In this document: positions 1 to 33,941 of the stretch, piece by piece | Numbering within the stretch: position 1 is the first letter of the stretch | Layout of the letters: each line of letters begins with the position of its first letter | Assembly (NCBI RefSeq): GCF_963676685.1 | Contig: NC_092344.1 | Span: forward strand, 99,944,001 to 100,008,000 | Direction: 5' to 3' | Length of the DNA stretch: 64,000 nucleotides | Source: Mytilus edulis | Lineage: Eukaryota | Notes under the pieces: model-generated | Databases searched by the model: none | Told to the model about the DNA's origin: nothing | What the model saw: only the letters and a program-made list of their open reading frames with translations | Program-made: the position numbers and the translations under genes

Positions 1-984
1 GAAAATTATTAAGAAATTATGTGTAATAACAACTCTGCATTTTTCAACATTCCTTCAGAAATATTTAGATGTTTTTCAGTAGCAGTTAATGTAATTGCAA
101 CACATGTCTTATTAATGATGTAATTTATAAACACATTTGCATATGCCAAGTGGCAATGTCCTTTAATAATATGCTAATGAAAACAAACTCTGCCTACGTG
201 TTTTATGTATATTTACTCATTATCAAGAAATAAGGTCTTGCATGCTTTTTTTAATCTAGATTTACTTATCATCTACAAACAAGAGGTGAGTGTGTAGCTT
301 GTTCCTTAAATTTCCGTCTTTATTTATTTGTATAGGTCTTACCCGTCATATAGTTTACATCAAATAACCCGTTTAAAGGCGGACTAATTTATTACCGCAC
401 GTCTGTGTTGTTGGTCATTTCAGTCTTAACCTGGGAACTTTTTTTGGAAATTTATTGTGATGAAAATTTGACATGATATCGGCATGTTTATAAGGAAGTG
501 CACAAGAAACAGTGGCATTTATGGTCGGATTGTTTATGAACTAAGTGTTGAAAAACAAATAATTTTAAAAGGTATATAATGTCATAACTGTGTCTTTAGT
601 TGTTTTAAAGCAAATTTCAGGGGGGAAATAATACTTGTATTTATATCATCCACAAATAAGAACGCTCATTGAAAAATCTGTGTGAAAATTTCGGATTTAT
701 TGATACCCAGTTGATTCAAATCTAAAAAGAAAAGTGTACCTATTAAGAGATTCTCTAGATCTATTTATCAGGACTATTATTATCAAATAAATTTATGTGC
801 TTGGCCTTTAATAAATGACTGTACGGTATGTATTGTGCTCGTTGTTTTACCGCACGGTTAATTGCAGTTACCTACATTCATGTCTTCCGTTGGAAAGTTG
901 TCTCATTTGCAATTGTTTTTACATTTCTAAAAAAAAGTTTAACTGTTGATGAAATAATTACATTATGAAATATTCTAATCTCTA

Positions 985-1330
985 ACAAAAAGTAAAATAA
1001 CAAAAATACCGAATTCCGAGGAAAATTCAAAACGAAAATTCCGTAATCAAATTGCAAAATAAAAAGCTCAAACACACCAAACGAATTGGAAACAACTGTA
1101 ATAGTCCTGACATGATACATGCATTGTAATACAAGTGAGATGTTTAGCTAGCTATAAAATCAGGTTTAATCCACATTTTTTTACATAAGAAAATGCATGT
1201 ACCAAGTCAGGAATATGACAGCAGTTATCAATTTGTTTGATGTGTTTGAGCTTTTGATTTTGCCATTTGATCAGGGACTTCCGTTTTAAATTTTCATTTG
1301 AGTTCAGGTTGTTTGTGATTCTACTTCTTC
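985..1330. repeat. Inverted pair of a ~140-bp dispersed repeat
   Basis: ~985-1125 and ~1190-1327 are imperfect reverse complements. Further copies at ~2225-2375, 3245-3385, 11400-11525 and 46355-46415. Confidence 0.7.
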
Positions 1331-1799
1331 TTCAATTTTTGGATTAAACTTGGTTTTCTCGTAGTAGCTAGGTATGACAGTCGCATACAATTCCATTATA
1401 TTGACAACAATGTGTAAGCAAATCACACAATTAAGTCAATAGGTAAAAAATGTCAAAAATATGGGGAACAGCAGTCTATATTGTGTAATTATCATAATCA
1501 CTATAAAACAAAAACCAAATATGTCAACAAAGATAAACCAAAAATATAAAGGCATATAAACAAAGATATAAGCAAAACCGAAATAACAAGAGTACAATTT
1601 TTTTTTCACAGCACAATAACACAATGACGGTATGTACGAGAACCGAGCCTCGTCAATTTGATATCACAAAAAAAGATTAAATCTAAACAATAAAAGTAAT
1701 AATCTACAAAGACAAATAAATAAAAAGACACTTTAATATGTTATAACGATTATAAAAAACGTCTGTACCTAGAATTTATACTTCAATACAATCGTGTAA

Positions 1800-3660
1800 T
1801 ATTTGAGAATTTGAGACGGGATATTTATCAACAAGGGTTTGGTATCTTCCGATGAACATTCTTTGGAAAGGGAAGAGACTGTCTGTGACATAACCCTGAT
1901 TTAGTAACGTTTTGCTCAGACACTTTTGACGTTTTACAATGTTTAAGAAGCAGCTGCAAGCCCATGAACACCGAATGAGTTGGAAATATATAATCCCTAT
2001 GCAGTTGAAGTGGTATTATGTTACTGAGGAATGGGAAATTTTTAATTTTAAAATGAAAACCGTCTCGTTTGTCATAGATTCTTTTAAGTTTTTCCCATAT
2101 TTTGACTATTTTATTCATTGTGTCTGTTTAGTTAACGCATCAATGTAAACATTACGGAATTTGATGAGACTATCATCAAAGTGAGAGAGTTAGCGCTATA
2201 AAACCAGGTTTAATCCATCATTTGCTACATTTGAAAATGCCTGTACCAAGTCAGGAATATGACAGTTCTTGTCCATTCGTTTTTGATGCGTTTTGTTATT
2301 TGATTTTGCCATGTGATTACGGACTTTCCGAATAGATTTTCCTCTAAGTTCAGTTTTTTTTTATTTTACTTTTTACTGAGATTACCGCTTATGTTAAAGT
2401 CAAGGTATTTCTCGTTTTTATATAGATTATACCGTTTTTTTCCTTTTGAATGGTTTTACACTAGTAATTTTAGGCCCTTTATATATTGATGATCGGTGTG
2501 AGCCAAGGCTCCGTGTTGAAGGCCGTACCTTGACCTATAATGGTTTACTTTTTTAAATTGTTGCTTTGGTGAAGAGTTGCCTCATTGACACTCATACAAC
2601 ATCTTTCTATATCTGTATATGTCTAAAATTGTAAAAGAGGAAGCCGTGTCTGGTGTTTCTTTGATGTTTTAGTTCCGGAGGATAAATTAATGAAACCCAA
2701 TCAGCAAAGTTTAAATTGTTAATTGAACGAACATCATCAATGTATCTGAATGAGAATTCAAATGATCTTGCTTATTTGATCTTCTTGTTTTGACAAGTAC
2801 CTGAGGGAACTTCGCAAGGAGAGGCGCACAGTTCGTTCTCATAGGAATGCCGACAATTTGCTGAAAAAAGTCTTACCTCTAAACTCAACAAAAATATTCT
2901 CTTCCTTCTTTGTGTAGCATGTTTTACCATTTTGTTCACTATTAACAAAATATGCAGTATGGTATCCCAAAGAAATATACTTATAGCGTTTTCTACCATT
3001 TTTATGTTGAAAATCATTGTGGTTTATTTCTTTTTCAATGTGACATCGGAAATGATGTTATACAGTTGAAAATCAAGTGTTTTGATAGAATTCATTTCAG
3101 GGAAAGATCGAAATTTGAAATTATTGATAATTTCCTTGCAGCTTTTTGTAATCCACATATGGTTGATACCACTACGCGAGTTAACAGTCTCACAGTATTT
3201 TTTATGACCCTCTTTCAATGCGGACAGAATGTTTGTCAATCTAAAAAGCAAAATCACAAAAATACTGAACTCCGAGGAAAATGCAAAAAGGAAAGTTCCT
3301 TATCAAATGGCAAAATTAAAAGCTGAAAGACATCAAACGAATGGATAACAACTTTTATATTCCTGACATGATACATGCATTTTGACATCAAGATGGACAA
3401 TTCATTCGTGGAACATACAGAATCAGCCTGTAATATACCGTTGTGTGTACGGGTTTTATAAAATTAGGTATATAGTAGAAACTAGGTAGGGCCTCCGGTT
3501 TGCTGTCCAATGTAATTTTTTTGGAAGCGATGAAGGACTTATGATTTGACAAAATCTCATTCGTCATGAACATGGGTTTGTATGTGGTATCCCTGACTAC
3601 TGATTTAGTGCTAAATGTTTTACAAGACACTCTTAGTACATCTTTTTTGTAGTACAATTT
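1800..3660 (-). mobile_element. Degenerate Penelope-like retroelement (RT relic), interrupted by short repeats
   Basis: Minus-strand ORF pieces PSFYYIP, SRSGINHMWI, SIKTLDF and KIYDKRD-like fragments, with many frameshifts. Confidence 0.65.
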
Positions 3661-3762
3661 ACATACAAAACTCTTAAAATCATGAAAGTGTCATTTATTC
3701 AATATACGGGAAAATTGTTTAGGAATGTCGACATGTGGGTCTAATTTTAAAGTCGACAATCA

Positions 3763-4697
3763 TTTTTTGTCGAGCCTGCAACTTTTGTTGCAGATAGCTC
3801 GACATAGGGATAGTGATCCGGCGGCGGCGTTAGCTAACTTCTTAAAAGCTTTATATTTTAAAAGGTGGAAGGCCTGGATGCTTCATACTTTGTATATAGA
3901 TGCCTCATGTTACGATGTTTCCGTCAGTCACATGTCCAATGTCCTTGACCTCATTTTCATGGTTCAGTGACCACTTGAAAAAAAAGTTCAGAATTTTTGA
4001 AATGTTGAATTCTCTCTTATTATAAGTAATAGGATAACTATATTTGGTATGTGCGTACCTTGCAGGATCCTCATACCCGTCAGACAGTTTTCACTTGACC
4101 TCGACCTCATTTCATGGATCAGTGAACAAGGTTAAGTTTTGGTGGTCAAGTCCATATCTCAGATACTATAAGCAATAGGGCTAGTATATTCGGTGTATGG
4201 AAGGACTGTAAGGTGTACATGTCCAACTGGCAGGTGTCATCTGACCTTGACCTCATTTTCATTGTTCAGTGGTCAAAGCTAAGTTTTTGAGTTTTGGTCT
4301 TTTTATCTAATATTATATGCCAAAGGTCAACTATATTTGGTGTATGGAAATATTTTATGATCTATATGTAAGTCTCGCAGGTTTTATTTGACCATGACCT
4401 CAATTTCACGGTTCATTGCACAGTGTTAAGTTTTTGTGTTTTGGTCTGTTTTTCTTAAACTATAAGTAATAGGTCAACTATATTTATTGTATGGAAGCAT
4501 TGTTAGCTGTACATGTCTGCCTGGCATGGTTCATCTGACCTTTACCTCATTTTCATGGTTCATTAGTCTTTGTTTAGCTATCTTGGTTAATGTTAAGTTT
4601 ATGTGGCAGTTGTAATAAATCTTTATACTTAGGACTATCAACATAATATTAATGATTAGTAAAGAAGGCGAGACATTTCAGTGTGTGCACTCTTGTT
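3763..4697 (+). mobile_element. Helentron-associated (HINE/pearl-like) element with ~150-bp internal tandem repeats
   Basis: Starts in a T-run with a GTCGAGC...GCTCGAC hairpin. Core repeat TGACCTCATTTTCAT at ~3946, 4104, 4249, 4396 and 4543. Ends CACTCTTGTT. A fragment lies at ~56270-56420. Confidence 0.65.
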
Positions 4698-5823
4698 ATA
4701 TAAATAAGGCCGTTAATTTTCTCGTTTGAATTGTTTTACATTGTCATATCGGGGACTTTAATAGCTGACTATGCGGTATGGGCTTTGCTGATTGTTAAAG
4801 GCCGTACGGTGACCTATAGTTGTTAATGTATGTGTCATTTTGGTCTCTTGTGGACAGTTGTCTCATTGGCAATCATACAACATCTTCTTTTTTATATAAG
4901 GTTAATTTTCAAAGTCGAAATTTTGGCTAATCTTCCAGAAGCCATATATTATATATTTTTAACTACTAGTATATACTAATATTCTATATGTAACAAATGG
5001 CATTCTATCTTAACATGTTCTTGTTTTATGTACCGAATCAGTTTGCAAGTCAATGTCTGCTCCCTACTCAAAAAGGGATTTGATCAATTTTGTTTAACAA
5101 GACAATCCGATCTTTTTAGCAATAGATAGTAAACTATGGACAACATGAAGGTATACAATAATTATTTTAAGGGAAAAAACTGTACACCAATAGATTTTTC
5201 AAACGGATTGGAGATGGTTCTACATTTAATTTAAAAACGGTAGTAGTGTGATACTATAATATATGCTGATATTCCCTTTAACTGTTTGAATAAACTCATC
5301 AAAGATATTCGGTCTAAAATTTTGAACACCAGACACGAGTTTCGTCTACAAAAGACTCGTTAGTGATGATCGAATCTAAATCAATACGGTATGTAGTTGA
5401 AGAGCATTGAGGACCCAAAATTCAGAAAGGTTTTGGTAAGTATAGCAATGTATTCCAGGGTAATCCGAAAAATGGAAATTTAATTTTAATTATGACATTA
5501 TATATGATAATTCATGTCAAATCAAAGTGCTGACTACTATTTTAACCCATTTCAACTAGATGGTGTTAAGTGTTAAGTTTCTTTCTTTTCAACCAGCAAT
5601 GATTCACAAAGCATGGAATTTTCTGTTGTTTGAATTGAAAAAAATTCCTTATTTATTATTTTACAAATTTAAAAGTATACCTGCAATTTATCTGTAAGAG
5701 TAATAAAAGTAAATAGCCAAAATATAAACTTGACTCACAAGATACCGTGGTCACTCTTATGGTTGTGCCCAAATTATTTGCCCCCCCCCCATGTAAAGAC
5801 AACCTTATTCATTAAACAATTAT

Positions 5824-6096
5824 GAGGGGGAGGACAGGGGTAAGGGAGACCGGGAGAAAGGGGGTAGGAGAAAGGAGAAAGAGGTGGGAGAAAGGAGAAA
5901 GGAGAGGAAGGCTGGGAGAAAGGAGAAAAAGGAGAAAAAATAAAATATCTCTCCTTTAAAAAAAATTTCTAATATTTCAAGAAAAAATATCTCAAAAGGA
6001 GATGTTTTATTCTAATGGGAGAAAGGAGAACAGGGGTAGGAGAAAGAAGAAGAGAGGTGGGAGAAGGGAGAAGGGTACCCCCCTGTCCTTCCCCTC
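5824..6096. mobile_element. MITE with 6-bp TSD and GGAGAAA-rich interior
   Basis: TIR GAGGGGRAGGACAGGGG; AATTAT directly flanks both ends (5818-5823, 6097-6102). Confidence 0.75.
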
Positions 6097-6114
6097 AATT
6101 ATGTCTTCATAACA

Positions 6115-6430
6115 TAAATAAATCTTATAAATTAATAGAGATATCTTATTAACTTATGGAGATATCTTATATAGTTAATAAGATATCTTATAAATTAATA
6201 CAGATATCTTATATTTTAAATAAGATATCTTATATTTTAAATAAGATATCTTATATATTTAATAAGATATCTTTATAGACATTTTAATAAGATATCTTTA
6301 TAGACATTTTAATAAGATATCTTATTTAATAAATCAGATATCTCAATTAATATATAAGATATCTCATTTTGTTATTAAGATATCTCAATTAGTTTATAAG
6401 ATATCTTATTTAACTAAATAAGATATCTCG
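6115..6430. repeat. ~21-bp minisatellite with palindromic core TAAGATATCTTA
   Basis: About 14 recurrences of AGATATCT. Confidence 0.85.
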
Positions 6431-6603
6431 AAATTGAATAAATATAATAACGGCGTGCCATATGGGACAGGCACATAAATAAATAATGTGGCGGGGTTAA
6501 AATATGCCTGTCTCACATCACTAGCTCGTCACTGATTGTCTTCAGTTATATGCTATTGTGTTCTTGTCATAATTTGAATTTGGTGTTGAATAAAGAACCT
6601 TAA

Positions 6604-7116
6604 GGAGGCTTGATAGTCTAAACATTTCCGAAAAAAAATAAACATTTCTTTTTTCATTACAAATTTAATTTATTATGTATTAGTTGTTACCTAATCATAT
6701 GGTACAAAAATCATTCAGAAAAAAAATCGTAGTGGCCCAAATGCCTTTAAAAATGTATGTACCATTGAAAAAGCTCCAAGTTATCTCCCTTTGGTGCAAA
6801 AATGCCATTTTTTGGGGCATTTAAATTGAAATATCTTTTTTTAACTCATCGGTGACCTATATTTTTTTTATTATTTTCAAATAAGGTGTACTTAAACTAA
6901 ACTATTTTTTTCGATATTACCTTTTTTTGTTAGTTCAACAGAAAAAAAAGTACCTTTACAAAAATGTATGCTTCTTTCAACAGATTGAGAGCTTAAATGA
7001 ACGGTGACCCCATTTTTTTTATTTTATTTTTCTATTAAGCATAAGATAAAGTTCATTTATAGAAAAATAATAGCAAACTCCTATATTAAAAAAAAATGAT
7101 AAATACCCGCGAGCCC
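6604..7116. mobile_element. Kolobok-like MITE (copies at ~8777-9293 and, inverted, ~48250-48816)
   Basis: Begins TTAA-GGAGGCT, with a degenerate GAGCC(TCC) end. The ~48.3-48.8 kb region is its reverse complement and ends CCCTCGAGCCTCC. Confidence 0.6.
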
Positions 7117-7199
7117 AATTAAATAGTCTCTATTATAATTTCTAGTATTCGAACGACTTAGAGACTTGACATATTCTATGGATACTTGTCTATTGTTGA

Positions 7200-8571
<1,372 letters not shown>

Positions 8572-9389
8572 TATCGTAATGATTATCAAATATGGTTTAG
8601 TTATAAACAATTACACAAGGCAGCTCCAGGCTTCCGTAGGACAGGCACATAAATAAATAATGTGGCGGGGTTAAAATATGCCTGTCTCACATCACTTGCT
8701 CGTCACTGATTGTCTTCAGTTATATGCTATTGTGTTCTTGTCATTATTTGAATTTGGTGTTGAATAAAGAACCTTAAGGAGGCTTGAGAGTCTAAACATT
8801 TCCGAAAAAAAAATGAACATTTCTTTTTTCATTACAAATTTAATTTATTATGTATTAGTTGTTACCTAATCATATGGTACAAAAATCATTCAGAAAAAAA
8901 ATCGTAGTGGCCCAAATGCCTTTAAAAATGTATGTACCATTGAAAAAGCTCCAAGTTATCTCCCTTTGGTGCAAAAATGCCATTATTTTTGGCATTTAAA
9001 TTGAAATATCTTTTTTAACTCATCGGTGACCTATATTATTTTTTTATTATTTTCAAATAAGGTGTACTTAAACTAAACTATTTTTTTTTCGATATAACCT
9101 TTTTTTCTTAGTTCAACAGAAAAAAAGTACCTTTACAAAAATGTATGCTTCTTTCAACAGATTGAGAGCTAAATGAACGGTGACCCCATTTTTTTTAATT
9201 TTATTTTTCTATTAAGCATAAGATAAAGTTCATTTATAGAAAAATAATAGCGAAATCCTATATTAAAAAAAAATGATAAATACCCGTGAGCCCAATTAAA
9301 TAGTCTCTATTAAAATTTCTAGTATTCGAACGACTTGAGACTTGACATATTCTATGGATACTTGTCTATTGTTGAAGGTTGTATACTGA

Positions 9390-17561
<8,172 letters not shown>

Positions 17562-18270
17562 GAAACCTGTGAATTGGAAAAGGCTTCGCATTTCAATAAA
17601 ATAATACACAAAAAAAACCAATGTATACTTTACTTTACATCATTTGGTTGAAGCATGAATCATACAGTTGAAATAAAACAAAACATTTCTTGAGTGAAAA
17701 TTATTTACCATCTTTATAGTATATTCAAATACACAATATCACATCCATCCTCTGACATTCTAACAACATGAGTCAAGTAAAAAAAATATTTATATTTTAA
17801 GATAACTAAAACTATTAATTTATCAATTATGCCAATTATGAGCATTTGTTCAAAAGAAATGTTCGAGTCTTAAAGCAGACTCGTGGCACGTATAGTGCAA
17901 TAATAAAATCCAAAATGTCAAAGTCCATGCTTTGGTGTTGCAAAACAAAACCAAACAGTCAGATAAAAAATTAGCAGGTAAATAATTTTATCTGGATTCA
18001 GTGCAATGGAATTCGGTTGAGAAGTTATGGAATAACAAAGTTTAATGCGGACGAAGACAATAGACGACAGAAGTTAACCCTATGTGTAATTAGTTTCGTA
18101 AAAGTCTTCAATTTGGAATATATACAGCTAAAAGTGCAAATAAAAGTTATTTAACTCTACGAAAAAATACACTACACAATTAAAATAATAGAAAGCTTAC
18201 AGTACGGAACCATAGTTACAAAAGAATGACTACATATGTGAATGTGGAATCCGTAAACAACTTGCAGATT

Positions 18271-18662
18271 AAATAGTTAACAAAGGTACCAGGATTATAA
18301 TTTAGTACGCCAGACGCGCGTTCGTCTACATAAGACTCATCAGTGACGCTCATATCAAAATATTCATAAACAGTACAAGTACAAGGTTGTAGGTCATTGA
18401 GGATCCAAAATTCCAAAAAGTTGTGCCACATACGGCTAAGGTAATCTATGCCTGGGATCAGAAAATCCTTAGTTTTTCAAAACATTCAAAGTTTTGTAAA
18501 CAGGAAATTTATAAAAATGGCCAGATTATTGATATGCATGTCAACACCGAAGTGTTGACTACTGGGTTGGTGATACCCTCGGGGACGAAACGTCCACCAG
18601 CAGTGGCATCGACCCAGCGGTGTAAATAGTTATCAAAGGTACCAGGATTATCATTCAGTACG
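18271..18662 (-). mobile_element. Retrozyme-like monomer (353 nt) plus 39-nt terminal redundancy, second subfamily
   Basis: AAATAGTTAWCAAAGGTACCAGGATTAT at 18271 and 18624. The hammerhead at 18307-18349 lacks one A of GAAA. Confidence 0.75.
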
Positions 18663-20386
18663 AACAAAACCCCAACTCCAAGGCTAATTAAAATAGGGCA
18701 GTTAATAAAAACTGACAAAATCAATCACCGTCAACCAAAGGAACGAGTGAAATCCTGACATGGCACAGACATTATACGAAGAATACAGCGGATTAATAGA
18801 TATAGGAAGATGTGGTGTGAGTGCCAATGAGACAACTCTCCATCCAAATAACAATTTAAAAAAAGTAAACCATTATAGGTCAATGTACGGCCTTCAACAC
18901 GGATCCTTGGCTCACACCGAACAACAAGCTATAAAGGGCCCCAAAATTACTAGTGTTAAACAATTCAAACGGGAAAACCAACGGTCTAATCTATATAAAA
19001 TAAAAAAACGAGAAACGAGAAACACGTATAAATTACATAAAAAAACGACAACATCAGATTCCTGACTTAGGACAGAATAACTGATGCAAACATTTGTAGC
19101 GGGATTAAACGTTTTAATGGATCCAAACCTTCTCCCTTTTTCTGAAACAATAGCATTACATCATAACATAGAAAAACACACGATAAAATATCAATTGGCA
19201 GGCTTAACTCAATCAAAAAACGTACATTAATACACTATGAACGAATAAATTTGATCTGCGATAACTGAATGTAAATGCACAGTTAATAAATTATTAAAAT
19301 ATTAGGGACAAACATTCAAGGCCAAAAAACAAACAAAAAAGTCCAAACAAAGCAATGTCAAGACACCACTGCGAAATATTTAACCCTTCGAAAATATTCA
19401 CTTTAGAAAAAAAATGGTTTTAAAAAAATACAGGTAAATCTTGAAGTTTATACAAATGTAGTAAGAAGAAGTGAAACCTGGTTTTATAGCTAGCTATCCC
19501 TGCCACTTGTATGACATTTTTTTGTTAAAGTTCCGTTATAATGAGAGAAACATTAGACATTTTTCGAAAAATTCAAAGTTTTGTAAACAGGAAATTTATA
19601 AAATAACTGATATTCATGTCAACACCGAAGTGTTATCAAAGGTTATGACCTGATTTAAGGTCATTTACTAAAATATAAGCAGATTATAGATTCATTTCCT
19701 TTTGATTTGAGACCCAAATAGTACCAATGCAAATATAAGGTAGAAGTCCTTCGAAAACACGACGATGGACGCAAAGTGATGAAAATAATACATTTGATTA
19801 TTTTGGTCAGGTGAGCTTAAGATAAATCAACAAAAGTTAAAACTTTCGAGAGATTATGTGCATCATCATCAGGCGACGACGAAAATTAAAATGTAGATAA
19901 AGTATATGAATTACAATCTGATGAAAGCCTGATCTCTCACTGTTCCGTTATATATTTTTCAATTTTTATTCTTTGTCTCTTACATGGCGAGACATCCAAA
20001 ACAACCAAGCAGAGATGAGAAGTGATCCCGTTTTTTAATAACATTTTTATAGAATATTACTTGGCTTGAGATTTCATACTTAACTATTTAAAGTACTTGA
20101 CTGTATAAACACATTTCAATCAATCAATGTTCGCCTAAGTCACATACAAATAAAAACCTTGTATTGTATAGAAGGACAGATCGTATAAATAAAATCATTT
20201 TATTGTCAATATATGTTAAATCGTCTGAAAATTATTTGTTCAAAACATTGTATCTTTTTGCTATAATTTTACGTTTCAAAATTTTATTTACATTTATTCA
20301 ACCGTCCTGAAAAACGTAATGTTAATGAAAATGAATTTTCCCGGTAACGGATGGTTACTCGTTATCAGTATCATTTGTCGTTTTAA

Positions 20387-32695
<12,309 letters not shown>

Positions 32696-33941
32696 ATGTT
32701 AGATTTTCTTGAAAAATTAACGAGAAACAAATTTGCATGTTCGGCGTAAAATGTTATACGGAAGTTATAATGAAGTAAATGAAATTTAACAACAAGAAGT
32801 TACACTGGTTTTTTTTCTCGATTGGTAAACTTCAAGCTCAGGAACAATGCTTTTTTCTTGATTAAAAAACTGAGTCAAATGCTATAGTCGTAAACCATTA
32901 TTCGGACTGAGGCATGATACCTTAAAAAATTATAAGGGTTGTCTGATAAAAAATGTAAATTGATAACTGTTTTTTGTTGTTTTAGTTCCCATCTTTTTTC
33001 TTAACCTCATAAAGACTAGATCCAAAGTAAAACTGACGAAAAAGGACATTGGTTAAATAATGATAGTGCAAGAGGGACAAGGGAGTTTGCTAGGCATACT
33101 CAAAACATACTTGTCTGGTTAACATTTAGGATGACAAACCATGTAACTTTAGGTAGTGGTCTCGACCAACATGACCAGAACTAATTAACATTAAAATAGG
33201 AATGACGTAAAATAGAACAGAAACAAAGCAAACATGACTGTTGCCAAACCCAGAGCACAAGAATTCATTCCTGCTATTGTTCGAATTCATGTTGCCCAAT
33301 TTTTAGTTTTCTAGTTAGTGTTTTGGGCACATCATGTTGTGTGTCGTTCCGTCTTATGAAAAAAAGTGGTCATGACGTTGTCTTTTATTAGAACAAATAA
33401 CAACGAAAATGCATTATACCTTTTATACTAAGAAATTACTAAATATACATAATAAATAGTAACAATAATAAACATTAAATATCAAATCTAAGTAAATAAT
33501 GGTAAAAATAATTAAAGTAAAGAAATATATACATCAATATAAAAAAAATTGTGCCCTTCATAAAAAATTCCTTCTGATGTGAGGTAATAGTGAACACTTA
33601 ATGCATTATAATATAAATAGTTATAAAACTACAATTTTTTTAATAAATGAATGTATATATTAAAACTAAAACTTAAAGCTGGATGTGTGCTATGACTTTC
33701 CCTAATCGCAACTGTGAAGTATGTTATCATTTGTTGAGTAAATAGCTCATTTAACTCTCTTTGAAAACTCACACCGCGCATTTACATGTTGTAAAAGTTT
33801 AATTGAATGTTAAAAAATGCGCTTTTATACTTATTTTAAAACAATTCATAACAACAGCAGTTCCGTTTAGAATTTTACCATAAAGCTAATTTCTTAATGA
33901 CACTTTCAATGACAAGAAATTCAGTGTCTTGCGTGCTTTTT

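Noticed and set aside
6115-6430. Regularly spaced palindromic repeats resembling a CRISPR array
   Set aside because: No unique spacers, no cas genes, eukaryotic context.
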